Below are positions 1 to 9,345 of a stretch of DNA of 64,000 bases, piece by piece. This DNA is from Desulfobulbaceae bacterium (lineage in GTDB: Bacteria > Desulfobacterota > Desulfobulbia > Desulfobulbales > Desulfobulbaceae): contig JAVEQK010000016.1 in the NCBI GenBank assembly GCA_034007705.1, positions 5,893 through 69,892 of the forward strand, given 5' to 3'. The notes beneath the pieces were generated by a model. The model was not told where the DNA came from. It ran no database searches and saw nothing but the letters and a program-made list of their open reading frames with translations. Position numbers and translations under genes: made by a program. Position 1 is the first letter of the stretch; each line of letters opens with the position of its first letter.

Positions 1-402
1 ATCCGCCAGGATTCTGGCATGGTCAAAGACCAGCTCAGGGAGAGTGCCCTCGAAAAAAATGCCCGCCTGGAGGGCATCGTCAGCCGCCCGGGGGGTGCCG
101 GAAGCCGAGGCGATGAATACCGTGGTCGCCGTATGCAGCCGGGGATCCCGGCCGGGATCGGAATAGGTATGAAACTGCTCAGTCAGGGTCACCCTGAGAC
201 CGGTTTCCTCAAAGGCCTCGCGCACCGCAGCCTGTTCGAAAGACTCCCCGTAGTCGACAAAGCCGCCCGGCAAGGCCCAGCCGAACGGGGGGTTTTTTCG
301 TTCAATCAGCACAATGCCGCCGTCGAGCTCGATGATGACGTCGACCGTGGGTACCGGATTTTTACGACCCGGAAGTTTCTTTCCGCATTCAGGACAATGC
401 AC
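1..402 (-). CDS. NUDIX hydrolase (C-terminal end runs off the left edge)
   Basis: Absent from the ORF track because it has no in-window stop. My minus-strand translation reads [71 protein letters not shown]..., which contains a Nudix box (GX5EX7REUXEEXGU). The only in-frame start after the upstream stop is GTG at 402. Confidence 0.8.
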   Translation of the reverse strand, partial: MHCPECGKKLPGRKNPVPTVDVIIELDGGIVLIERKNPPFGWALPGGFVDYGESFEQAAVREAFEETGLRVTLTEQFHTYSDPGRDPRLHTATTVFIASASGTPRAADDALQAGIFFEGTLPELVFDHARILAD

Positions 403-453
403 GGAGTACGTTACCTTGCTGGGTTCGTGCCGCCGCCGTTCAGAGCACGGCGG

Positions 454-1026
454 TCAGAAGCAGAGGGACCTGATTTCCTCCCAGGTGCTGACGGACGCGA
501 AGGCATGGCGGCCCCGGTTCCAGGGCTGGGAATACACAATGGGCATGATGCCCGCCTCCTCCATCTGAAAGCAGGTTTCGGCCCGGTCATCGACAAAAAA
601 TTCGAGACCTTGTTCCCGAACATGCCGAACCTTGTCGTCATGGGCCCCCATTGCCACAATCTTCATGTTGTCCCGCACCAATGGCGGCATGACCGCGTCG
701 ATCCAGTCCCTGACCGGTCCGCAATGCGGCCTGGCCGTCACCAGCGTGACCGGTGCGCAGGCCGTCAACTCCTCGAGCACCTTGACCGCTCCGGGCATGG
801 GACGAAGACCGGCCCCAACGGAATCAAGCAGGATCCTGGCAAACACCGCCTCCACGATTCCTGGGTCCATGTCCAGGCATCGTTCAACCTCGAAATCGGT
901 TATGTCCTCAAGCCTGATGGAACAGTGCCCGTACTCCTCGCAGGCCAGCCGGATAAACGCCTCGGCCGTGTCGGCGATCACGCCGTCAAAATCAAAGCCC
1001 AGCCGGCGGGGATGAATCTTGCTCAT
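454..1026 (-). CDS. HAD-superfamily hydrolase (5'-nucleotidase-like)
   Basis: 190-aa ORF with HAD motif I, FDFDGVIADT, near the N-terminus. Its start overlaps the panE stop by 4 bp (ATGA), which suggests an operon. Confidence 0.75.
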   Translation of the reverse strand: MSKIHPRRLGFDFDGVIADTAEAFIRLACEEYGHCSIRLEDITDFEVERCLDMDPGIVEAVFARILLDSVGAGLRPMPGAVKVLEELTACAPVTLVTARPHCGPVRDWIDAVMPPLVRDNMKIVAMGAHDDKVRHVREQGLEFFVDDRAETCFQMEEAGIMPIVYSQPWNRGRHAFASVSTWEEIRSLCF

Positions 1027-2000
1027 GTACGCTCCTCCAGTTCCTGCCTGCCCGGATAGCCTGCTTCAATCTCCCTGACCAGCCTGACCAGCTCCCTGTT
1101 GACCGGAGTGGCTATCCCCAGCCGTTCCCCTTCGGCCACGATCGCCCCGTTGATGGCATCTATTTCAGTGCGGCGATGATTTCGGACGTCCTGCAGCATG
1201 GAGGAGATATTGTTCCCCGTCGCTTTGCATACCGCCGCCGTATCAGCCACCGGGTCGCCGGCAATGGGGATGTTTGCCGCCCGGGCGACTCTCGCCGCCT
1301 CCAGAACGGCCTTTTCCATGGTATCCCGCAGCGCGGCTGCTTCAAGCAGTGCGCCGTTGGGACAGCGATGGACAGCCGTCAGGGCATTGATGCCGACATT
1401 GATGAGCAATTTGGTCCAGATATGGGGGAGGGGATCGTCGCTGAGCTCCGTTGCCATTCCGGCCCCATTGAACAGGGCCGCCGTCCGTTCCAGTACCCCG
1501 CCGGCAGGTGGCCGGCGCCGGTCCAACAGGCCCAGGCGGGTCAGCCCCGCCCCGCCGTGCCGGACATGGCCGGGGGCAATCAGCGTCGCGCCCTCCGAGG
1601 TAACCCCTGCCCCGGCGATACACGGCAGGCCGGCCAGTTTTTCCAGGTGGCCGATGCCGTTCTGCATGGCCATCAGAACCTGATCGGGACCAAGAAAGGG
1701 ACGCATCCCGTTCAGCGCCTCATCCAGGGCGGTGGTTTTGACGCACAGAAACAGGATATCCGCCGTCCGGCAAATTGCCGGAGCGGCGGTGACGGACGGA
1801 AAAGCGTGAAACCGCCGGGAACCGTCCTCAAGGATCAGACCGTGACGGGCCAGGTATTGGGCCCGTTCCGGCCGGTAATCGAGCAGATGAAGACGGATGT
1901 CATTGCCGGCCGCGGAATCCTCCTGCTGCTGCAGGTGGAGGGAAATTCGCGCCGCCAGCAGGGAGCCGAGGGCCCCCGGACCGACAATGACCATGCGCAT
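1023..2000 (-). CDS. panE: 2-dehydropantoate 2-reductase (ketopantoate reductase, ApbA/PanE family)
   Basis: N-terminal Rossmann motif VIVGPGALGSLLAARI. C-terminal SSMLQDVRNHRRTEIDAINGAIV is typical of the ApbA_C domain. Confidence 0.8.
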   Translation of the reverse strand: MRMVIVGPGALGSLLAARISLHLQQQEDSAAGNDIRLHLLDYRPERAQYLARHGLILEDGSRRFHAFPSVTAAPAICRTADILFLCVKTTALDEALNGMRPFLGPDQVLMAMQNGIGHLEKLAGLPCIAGAGVTSEGATLIAPGHVRHGGAGLTRLGLLDRRRPPAGGVLERTAALFNGAGMATELSDDPLPHIWTKLLINVGINALTAVHRCPNGALLEAAALRDTMEKAVLEAARVARAANIPIAGDPVADTAAVCKATGNNISSMLQDVRNHRRTEIDAINGAIVAEGERLGIATPVNRELVRLVREIEAGYPGRQELEERT

Positions 2001-2012
2001 GACAACCCCGGT

Positions 2013-2867
2013 TCATTTGAATTCGGCGTCTTCTATAATCACGTCGTAGCGGTAGCCGGCGCCGAAATCGCGATTGGCGTGCAGGGTGCCTTCAACCACA
2101 ACCACCTCATCCTTCTGGGGTTCGGCCATGGTCGTCACCACGAGGTCATGGGTATTGTTGAGCGGATCCCCGGTCCCGTCCTGAATATGGACCCAGTTTT
2201 TGCCCATGATCATCGACGACACCTTCATGACTTTGCCGCGCACCACGACTTTCTGATTATTGAGTTCGTCCTTCTTCTCGTGCAGCTCGCTGACGGTGAA
2301 GGCGTTCTCGCCCTCGGCCTTTTCCACCTGAACATCGGTTGAGGGGACGATTGCCGCCATGCTGCCGCCGGATGAGGCCATATCGGCCGGCGGTGCACTG
2401 GTCCCTGCAGTCTCCATCCTCAGGGCCTCGGAAAAGCTGTCGGCGGAGCCCTCGGCGGGTGCCATGCCCTGGGGATCGGCGGAGGTTTCCCCGGTCGAGA
2501 AGATAACGCTGTCAAACGTTCTTCCCAGGGTCTTGGACTCGAGGTCTTTCATTTCCATCCCGCCCGCGAAGGAAACCTCTTTCCCCACTTCCAGATCGGT
2601 TTCAGGAACCGCGACCCACTGGCTTCCCCCGCCGGTATCCACGTTGACATAGGTATAGCCGGCGGCATCGATTGTTTCCAGGACCTTGCCCTGGACAGCA
2701 ACTCTCTCCTCCGCTGCCTGCTGCATCTGAACCGGCGCCGATTCGACGGTCAACGGTGGCTGCTCGGGGGCGGGGGCGGATGCCTGTTCATTGCCGGACT
2801 TGCATCCGGCTCCGCCGAGAAGCAGCAACAGGGCGGCGGCAAGAATTACTGGTCGAAAAGTGGTCAT
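2013..2867 (-). CDS. Lipoprotein of unknown function with two beta-rich domains separated by a low-complexity linker
   Basis: Signal peptide with lipobox (LLLLGGAGC). Ala/Pro/Ser/Gly-rich linker. No catalytic motif recognised. Confidence 0.65.
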   Translation of the reverse strand: MTTFRPVILAAALLLLLGGAGCKSGNEQASAPAPEQPPLTVESAPVQMQQAAEERVAVQGKVLETIDAAGYTYVNVDTGGGSQWVAVPETDLEVGKEVSFAGGMEMKDLESKTLGRTFDSVIFSTGETSADPQGMAPAEGSADSFSEALRMETAGTSAPPADMASSGGSMAAIVPSTDVQVEKAEGENAFTVSELHEKKDELNNQKVVVRGKVMKVSSMIMGKNWVHIQDGTGDPLNNTHDLVVTTMAEPQKDEVVVVEGTLHANRDFGAGYRYDVIIEDAEFK

Positions 2868-3010
2868 GGTCTTTCTCCATTATGAAAAAGTTAAGGATTT
2901 GCCGGAATATCGATACTACTTATAAGAAGAAGTCATCTCCGTGTCAACAACGGACAGTTTGCTCCCCGGTTGGACGCGGTCCGGGCTTCCTGGCGGAAAA
3001 ACGCCGAGTG

Positions 3011-5113
3011 TTACCTGGACTGCAGGACGACGCAGGCCATCGGCTCCACAATTACCTTCGAGCCCGGGGCGACGGCCGGCGCCTTCTCCGCCCGGATGAA
3101 ATCCCTCGGCGGTTTGAGGGCGGTGTGAATGATCCTTTTCCATGTTCTCCGCCGATGGGGTCCCGGAGGCGGGGGAACGACGAACTGGGCCCTGTCCTCG
3201 CGGCTGCCGTTCAGCATGACGAAAAAATCATCGTCTTCCTCCGGATGCACGGAGCCGTTCAGGATAAAGGCCAGGGTCCTGCAGTTCTCGGACCAGTCCT
3301 GGGTCCCCGGTTCCAGGCTTTGCCAGATGATCTCGTGGCTGTCGGGCGGATCGGTGTCCGGATGCCGGGGGGGGAAAAAATCATGGCGCCTGAACACCGG
3401 ATGACGGCGGCGCAGCCATATCAGGTTTTTAAAAAAGGTGAACTGGTGCCTGTTTTTTTTCAGCAGATGCCAGTCGAGCCAGCTGATTTCATTATCCTGG
3501 CACCAGGCATTGTTGTTACCTTTCTGGCTGCGGCCGAACTCATCTCCGGCCACCAGCATCGGCACCCCCTGGGACAGAAACAGGATGACCGCCATGGTCC
3601 GGAGACGCCGGGAGCGCAGGGCATTTATCTTCGGGTCGTCGGTCTCGCCCTCCACCCCGCTGTTCCAGCTTATGTTGTGATTCTCCCCGTCCCGGTTGTC
3701 CTCGCCGTTCATGAGGTTGTGCTTTTCGTTGTAGCTGACGAGATCATAGAGGGTGAATCCGTCATGACTGGTGATGAAGTTGATCGAATTCCAGGGCCGG
3801 CGGCCGTTGTTTCTGTACAGGTCGGAGCTGCCGGAAACTCTGGTGGCCAGAGGCGCAACCATTTTCGGATAACCGCAGAGAAAGGCCCGGACATCATCCC
3901 TGAACCGGGCGTTCCATTCCGCCCAGCGGTGATGGGTGGAAAAACTGCCGACCTGATAGAGGCCCGCCGCGTCCCAGGCCTCGGCAATGATTTTCGCATC
4001 GGCCAGCAGCGGATCCTCGGCGATCTGCTCGACGACCGGCGGATTGGCGAGAACCCTGCCCTGCTGATCACGTCCGAGAATGGAGGCGAGATCGAACCGG
4101 AAGCCGTCGACGTGCATTTCCGCCACCCACCAGCGCAACACGTTCATGATCAGGTTGCGGACGATGGGATGGTTGCAGTTGAAGGTGTTGCCGCAGCCGG
4201 AAAAATTGAGATAATCACGGGTTTCCGGATCGAGCAGGTAGTAAATCGTGTTGTCGATGCCCTTGAAACTGGTTACCGGGCCGTCCATGCCCCCCTCGGC
4301 CGTATGGTTGAACACCATGTCGAGGATGACCTCGATCCCGGCGCGATGCAGGGCCTTGACCATGTCCCGGAATTCTTTGAGCTGGCTGCCCCGGGTGGAG
4401 CAATACCCTGACTTGGGCGCGTAAAAGGAAAGCGGGCTGTAGCCCCAGTAATTTTTCAGCTTTTCCCCGGTGAAGGGGTTGTGAAAAAGGGTTTCGTTTT
4501 CATTGAATTCCGTAATCGGCATCAATTCCACCGCGGTTATGCCGATCTCCCGGAGGTAAGGAATTTTTTCAACGATACCGGCAAACGTTCCCGGATGCCG
4601 GGCGCCCGCCGACGGATGGATGGTGAAGCCCCGGACATGCATTTCATAAATCACCGAGTCCTTCAGAGGGGTCTTCAACGGCCGGTCACCCTCCCAGTCA
4701 TACCCCTCATGCGACACCAGGCAGCAGGGTATCCTGCCCAGGCAGTCCCTCTCCTCTCCCCAGAGGGACGGCCGCAAGGCCTTGGCAGAGGGATCGATGA
4801 TGATGCGCCCCTCATCGAAATTATGCCCGCTCCCCCCGGGATCGTACGGCCCGCCGAGCCGGTAGCCGTAATAGAAAGTCTTCGGCAGGCCCCGGACCAG
4901 TATATGCCAGATGTCCCCGGTCTTGTTGACCGAGGGGTCGAGGGGCAGTTCAATCAGCGAGCCCTCGGCTTCCTTGCCGGTCGAAACCGGATCAATGACC
5001 AGGGTCACCGTTTCGGCATGTCGAGAAAACAGGGCGAAATTGACTCCGCCGGTGAGGACGAGCGCTCCCTTTGGCCGGGGCAAACCGATTTCCGTCTGCA
5101 GGGTATCTTTCAT
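3011..5113 (-). CDS. glgX: Glycogen debranching enzyme GlgX (GH13 isoamylase type), paralogue 1
   Basis: GH13 conserved regions [35 protein letters not shown] and [21 protein letters not shown]. The track ORF starts at 5188. I prefer Met26 (MKDTLQTEIG, 5113), because 5114-5203 is an AT-rich divergent promoter region. Confidence 0.85.
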   Translation of the reverse strand: MKDTLQTEIGLPRPKGALVLTGGVNFALFSRHAETVTLVIDPVSTGKEAEGSLIELPLDPSVNKTGDIWHILVRGLPKTFYYGYRLGGPYDPGGSGHNFDEGRIIIDPSAKALRPSLWGEERDCLGRIPCCLVSHEGYDWEGDRPLKTPLKDSVIYEMHVRGFTIHPSAGARHPGTFAGIVEKIPYLREIGITAVELMPITEFNENETLFHNPFTGEKLKNYWGYSPLSFYAPKSGYCSTRGSQLKEFRDMVKALHRAGIEVILDMVFNHTAEGGMDGPVTSFKGIDNTIYYLLDPETRDYLNFSGCGNTFNCNHPIVRNLIMNVLRWWVAEMHVDGFRFDLASILGRDQQGRVLANPPVVEQIAEDPLLADAKIIAEAWDAAGLYQVGSFSTHHRWAEWNARFRDDVRAFLCGYPKMVAPLATRVSGSSDLYRNNGRRPWNSINFITSHDGFTLYDLVSYNEKHNLMNGEDNRDGENHNISWNSGVEGETDDPKINALRSRRLRTMAVILFLSQGVPMLVAGDEFGRSQKGNNNAWCQDNEISWLDWHLLKKNRHQFTFFKNLIWLRRRHPVFRRHDFFPPRHPDTDPPDSHEIIWQSLEPGTQDWSENCRTLAFILNGSVHPEEDDDFFVMLNGSREDRAQFVVPPPPGPHRRRTWKRIIHTALKPPRDFIRAEKAPAVAPGSKVIVEPMACVVLQSR

Positions 5114-5203
5114 ATTGACCTGATAATAATTATTATTTATATTTACTCCATGGTGTATTGTACCCTTTTTTTTCAATTCCCAAAACACTGACGGAGGTGA
5201 CGA

Positions 5204-6145
5204 ATGTTTCTGTCCAAAAAACTGGAGCTTGGCACCACATTAACCATCGACTGGGAGATGACGCCTGATTATACCTTCGGCACCTTTGAAAGCTGGGGCG
5301 GCAGGGAACGGTTCCGCAGCAGCGCGGAGAGGATATACTATTTCTTCATCGACGACTGGGGTGACAATCCCAGGCTGTGCCTCATGGAAAGGGGCATCAA
5401 GCATGCCCGGGTGATGGCCGAGATTCTGGCCCCCCGGGACATGATCCGCCGGTGCGTGGCCGGGCACGGCAAAACTTCCCTGTTCGAACGGAGCTTCGCC
5501 ATCGACGAACCCTTGAAAAAATGGCTCATTGCCCATGTCATCGACGGCCGGGACGATTCCCTCATCATCCCGCTGGAACCGGAAAAGCCGGCCCCCCTGG
5601 CAGAAACGGATTTACCCGGCCGGAACGCCCCGGTTCCGGAACTGACCAGGGTATGCCTGCCCGGTGAACCGGAAGAAATGAGCGAAGCGGACGTGGCCGG
5701 GCTTGCCGTCCGGTTCAACCTCTATGACAGTGAGCGCAATCCGACGGGCACTTTTGCCAATTACCTGGTGGACAACGGCGACAATGCAACCGTCAGCGAC
5801 CTGGTGACCGGGCTCATGTGGCAGAGGGAGGGCGTGGACATCATGAGCAGCCGCATGCTGCTCAGGGAAATCGACCGGCTGAACCGGAACGGCTATGCCG
5901 GCTATTCGGACTGGCGGCTGCCGACCATGCCCGAGGCGCTCTCCCTCATAGGCGCTGAAAAAAACAGCCACGGCCAGCATATCCATGACTGCTTTTCGCC
6001 GCATCAGCCCTTTATTTTCACCGCCGCCACCCGCCGGCCCGGCGGCTGCTGGTTTGTCGACTACAAGCAGGGAAAGGCGTTCTGGTCATCGGGGACCATT
6101 CCCGGCGGCTTCGGGCGGCTCTGCAGGTCGGAGCGGACAGCGTAA
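5204..6145 (+). CDS. DUF1566 (Lcl C-terminal-like) domain protein with an unrecognised N-terminal half
   Basis: C-terminal GYSDWRLPTMPEALSL and FWSS motifs are typical of DUF1566. No signal peptide is visible. Confidence 0.6.
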   Translation: MFLSKKLELGTTLTIDWEMTPDYTFGTFESWGGRERFRSSAERIYYFFIDDWGDNPRLCLMERGIKHARVMAEILAPRDMIRRCVAGHGKTSLFERSFAIDEPLKKWLIAHVIDGRDDSLIIPLEPEKPAPLAETDLPGRNAPVPELTRVCLPGEPEEMSEADVAGLAVRFNLYDSERNPTGTFANYLVDNGDNATVSDLVTGLMWQREGVDIMSSRMLLREIDRLNRNGYAGYSDWRLPTMPEALSLIGAEKNSHGQHIHDCFSPHQPFIFTAATRRPGGCWFVDYKQGKAFWSSGTIPGGFGRLCRSERTA

Positions 6146-6160
6146 CGCCCACGAAAACGG

Positions 6161-6198
6161 AAAGCCCGCGTCACCGGCCGCAGGGTGACGCGGGCTTT
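6161..6198. terminator. Bidirectional intrinsic terminator between convergent genes
   Basis: Perfect 15-bp stem AAAGCCCGCGTCACC / GGTGACGCGGGCTTT with an 8-nt loop. It is A/T-flanked on both sides. Confidence 0.7.
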
Positions 6199-6216
6199 CT
6201 CTTCCGCCCGGCGCTC

Positions 6217-7209
6217 TTATTCGGCCAGGGCGACTTTGTTTCCTTGCAGCCCCATGGCGGCCGTCTTCACCCGTTTCTGCTTCGCAAACCCGTAATCAAC
6301 AAGATTTTCGACGTCGCTCCACATGCTTTCACTGCCCATGAGCGCCACCACTATGGTGCCGACGCCTTCCCGGGTAAACTGACCGACATAGGTCTGCCTG
6401 GCCGCACTGGTATAACCCGTCTTGCCGCCTTCGGCGCCCTCCACCCGCCAGAGGGCCTTGTTGTGGTTATGCAGTTCCTTGCCGTAGGACGTCCGGGTCT
6501 TGACCCTGTGCATGCGTGAGGCAAACTGTTCGTCCTGCATGGCATGACGGAAAATCAGCGCAAGGTCCCTGGCCGTTGACTGCTGCCCCTTGGCCGTCAA
6601 GCCGGTGGCGGTCCGGCAGACCGTGTTTTTCGCCCCCCACAGACTGGCGCGCAGGGTCATCATCTCGGCAAAATCCTGTTCGCTGCCGGCAATTCGTTCG
6701 GCCAGGGCAACGCTGGCATCGTTTGCCGAGGCAAGGAGGACGGCGTTGATCAAATCATTGGCCCGGTACGATTTGTTCGGGTCAAGGTAGACTTTTGACC
6801 GGGGCATGTCGGAGGCCCGCCTGCTGACTGGGACCCATTCCAGTTCATCGAGGGACTTCAGGGCGATCATGCCGGTCAGCACCTTGATGGTCGAAGCCGG
6901 CTGCCGGGGAGTATCCGCGTCCTTGGCAAACAGCGTCTCACCGGTTTCCGCGTCGATGACAATGGCGCTTCTGGAGGAAATTTTCCTGAGCGACGGATCC
7001 CCGGCGGCGGGAGAGGCAGCTGCCCTGCCTTGGGAAGCGGACTTTTCCGCCCGCGCAGTCTGAAGACCGCCGCTCCCGGCCGTAGCGCCGATGCGCTGTT
7101 TGGCCCCTTTATCCAGCACGGGCACCTGGCCCGAATAGAGCCGGGGAGCATCAAGAACGGCCAGGGACAGCAGGAAGGATACCAGACAGAGGAAAACGCT
7201 TTTTTTCAT
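6217..7209 (-). CDS. D-alanyl-D-alanine carboxypeptidase (peptidase S11, PBP5/6 type)
   Basis: Signal peptide. SxxK (ASTIK), SxN (SAND) and KTG (KTGYT) motifs occur in canonical order. Confidence 0.85.
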   Translation of the reverse strand: MKKSVFLCLVSFLLSLAVLDAPRLYSGQVPVLDKGAKQRIGATAGSGGLQTARAEKSASQGRAAASPAAGDPSLRKISSRSAIVIDAETGETLFAKDADTPRQPASTIKVLTGMIALKSLDELEWVPVSRRASDMPRSKVYLDPNKSYRANDLINAVLLASANDASVALAERIAGSEQDFAEMMTLRASLWGAKNTVCRTATGLTAKGQQSTARDLALIFRHAMQDEQFASRMHRVKTRTSYGKELHNHNKALWRVEGAEGGKTGYTSAARQTYVGQFTREGVGTIVVALMGSESMWSDVENLVDYGFAKQKRVKTAAMGLQGNKVALAE

Positions 7210-7379
7210 TTTTGAGCCGACTTTTCAGGACATATTACATAGTTAAAGGGTACAATATATTTGTATCTGCCTGATCCGGGCCTGTCAAGCCCATTCACTC
7301 ATTTTTTTCCTGTATTTTCCCGCATTTTTCTCCATTGACAGGGGAATTGTTTTAAGTGTACCCTGAACGGAACGGAAAA

Positions 7380-7419
7380 ACGCCCCGCAATGCGCAATGA
7401 CGCCCCGCAATGCGCAATG
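7380..7419 (+). repeat. Perfect tandem duplication of a 20-bp unit (ACGCCCCGCAATGCGCAATG x2)
   Basis: Read directly: 7380-7399 is identical to 7400-7419. It lies 24 bp upstream of the acyl-CoA ligase start codon. Confidence 0.9.
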
Positions 7420-7442
7420 GAAGACGCCACACGAGGTAGACT

Positions 7443-9227
7443 ATGGATACGAAAGGTCCGCCGCCTGAGAATACACCCTCCCCGACAGACCCGCAAACGT
7501 CGGAAGGCGGAACCGCGGCAGAATCCGCCAACCTCCCTGCCGTACAGGAGCAGTTCGCCACCCTGAATCAGCTCATTGACCACAGCGTCCGGCGCTACGG
7601 CAGCCTGCCCGCCATCGGCATGGCCCTGGAAGAGCCGCTGACCTACCAGCAGTTTCATCATCGAATCATCTGCCTTGCCCGATATCTGCAGACAGCCGGG
7701 ATCATCAAGGGAGACCGGGTCGCCCTGCTCGCTGAAAATTCCCACAACTGGGCGACCGCCTACCTGGCCGTTGTCCGGCTCGGCGCCATAGCGGTCCCCA
7801 TCCTTCCCGACCTGCCCGACGATGATGTCCGGCACATCCTGACCGAGATGAATTGCGGCTTTATCTTCGTTTCACAGCGGCAGATAGAAAAAATATATGA
7901 ACTGAAAAAACAACTGCACAAAATCATCACCCTCGACGATTACTACGAGGAAAACGGCGTCGTCACCGTCGAACCGTTTTCCAGGTGCATGCTCACTGCC
8001 GAAGAACAGTGCGAAACCCTTAAACCGCCCCCTTTTGCCGATGTGGACGGGGAGGACCTGGCCGCCATCCTCTATACCTCCGGCACCTCCGGTTTCTCCA
8101 AGGCGGTCATGCTCAGCCACGCAAACCTCTGTGCCAACGCCCTTTCCGCCGGGAGGCTCATTGAGCTCAAACCGGGCAGTACGTTCCTGTCCGTCCTCCC
8201 CATTTCCCATACCTATGAATTCACCGTGGGTTTCCTTCTCCCCCTGATCAAGGGCTGCCGCATCGTCTATGCCGGGAAAACCCCGACCCCCGCCGTCCTG
8301 CAGAAAATCTGCGCCGAGGAACGGCCCAACGCCATGCTGGTCGTTCCCCTGATCATGGAAAAAATTTACAAAAAACGGGTGCTGCCGGCCATCGAGAAAA
8401 GCAGACTGCTCAGCTATATCTGCCGGTACAGGATCGGCCGCAAGCTGGTATACAGAAAAATCGGCCGGAAACTGCTCGATTTCTTCGGCGGCAATCTGGT
8501 CGTCATGGGCATCGGCGGGGCCGCTCTCAATCCCGATGTCGAGTTGTTTCTGCGTGACGCCGGTTTCCCCTACCTGGTCGGCTACGGCCTGACGGAAACC
8601 TCACCCCTGCTTTCCGGAGGACCGCGGGGCGACGCAACCATCGTTCCCGGCTCCGCCGGCAAACCGGTGCCCAGCGTTGAAATCCGCATTGCCGACGCCG
8701 ATTCTGAATCGGGAATCGGTGAAATTCAGGCCCGCGGCCCCAATGTCATGCGGGGGTATTGGAACGATGTCGAAGCAACCAGGGAGGCGATGACCGATGA
8801 CGGCTGGTTCCGAACCGGCGACATGGGCAGGCTGGACGGGCACGGCAACCTCCACGTGGTCGGGAGATCAAAATCGGTTATCGTCCTGTCCGGGGGCGAA
8901 AATATTTATCCCGAGGCCATCGAGCACAAGCTCAACTCCTACCCCTTTGTCGTCGAGTCGCTGGTCATCGAAAACAACGGCAAGCTGGAGGCCTGGATCT
9001 ATCCGGATTATGAGTTCATTGACGCGGAAACGGTGGGACAGAGCAGGCAGCAGCGTCACCAGTACATTGTCAGCCAACTGGAACGGATGCGCACCGAGGT
9101 CAATGCCCAGCTGCATCATGCCTCCAGGCTGTCCAGGGTGATAGAACGACGGGAGCCGTTCACCAAGACGGCAACCCACAAAATCAAACGCTATCTGTAC
9201 TCCGACAGGCACATGGCCGCCGAATAA
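7443..9227 (+). CDS. AMP-dependent synthetase / long-chain-fatty-acid--CoA ligase
   Basis: AMP-binding motif LYTSGTSGFSKAVMLSH, plus GYGLTETS and TGDMG motifs. Confidence 0.85.
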   Translation: MDTKGPPPENTPSPTDPQTSEGGTAAESANLPAVQEQFATLNQLIDHSVRRYGSLPAIGMALEEPLTYQQFHHRIICLARYLQTAGIIKGDRVALLAENSHNWATAYLAVVRLGAIAVPILPDLPDDDVRHILTEMNCGFIFVSQRQIEKIYELKKQLHKIITLDDYYEENGVVTVEPFSRCMLTAEEQCETLKPPPFADVDGEDLAAILYTSGTSGFSKAVMLSHANLCANALSAGRLIELKPGSTFLSVLPISHTYEFTVGFLLPLIKGCRIVYAGKTPTPAVLQKICAEERPNAMLVVPLIMEKIYKKRVLPAIEKSRLLSYICRYRIGRKLVYRKIGRKLLDFFGGNLVVMGIGGAALNPDVELFLRDAGFPYLVGYGLTETSPLLSGGPRGDATIVPGSAGKPVPSVEIRIADADSESGIGEIQARGPNVMRGYWNDVEATREAMTDDGWFRTGDMGRLDGHGNLHVVGRSKSVIVLSGGENIYPEAIEHKLNSYPFVVESLVIENNGKLEAWIYPDYEFIDAETVGQSRQQRHQYIVSQLERMRTEVNAQLHHASRLSRVIERREPFTKTATHKIKRYLYSDRHMAAE

Positions 9228-9345
9228 CAGTTATCCCCATCCGGGAGTCGGCGGTGCATCATTGCCCTTTCGGGCGGCGCAGGGGCTCCCCCTGCCCGAT
9301 TTGACGACGGGGGCTGGCAGCCGCCATGACGAACCGGGTCCGCAG

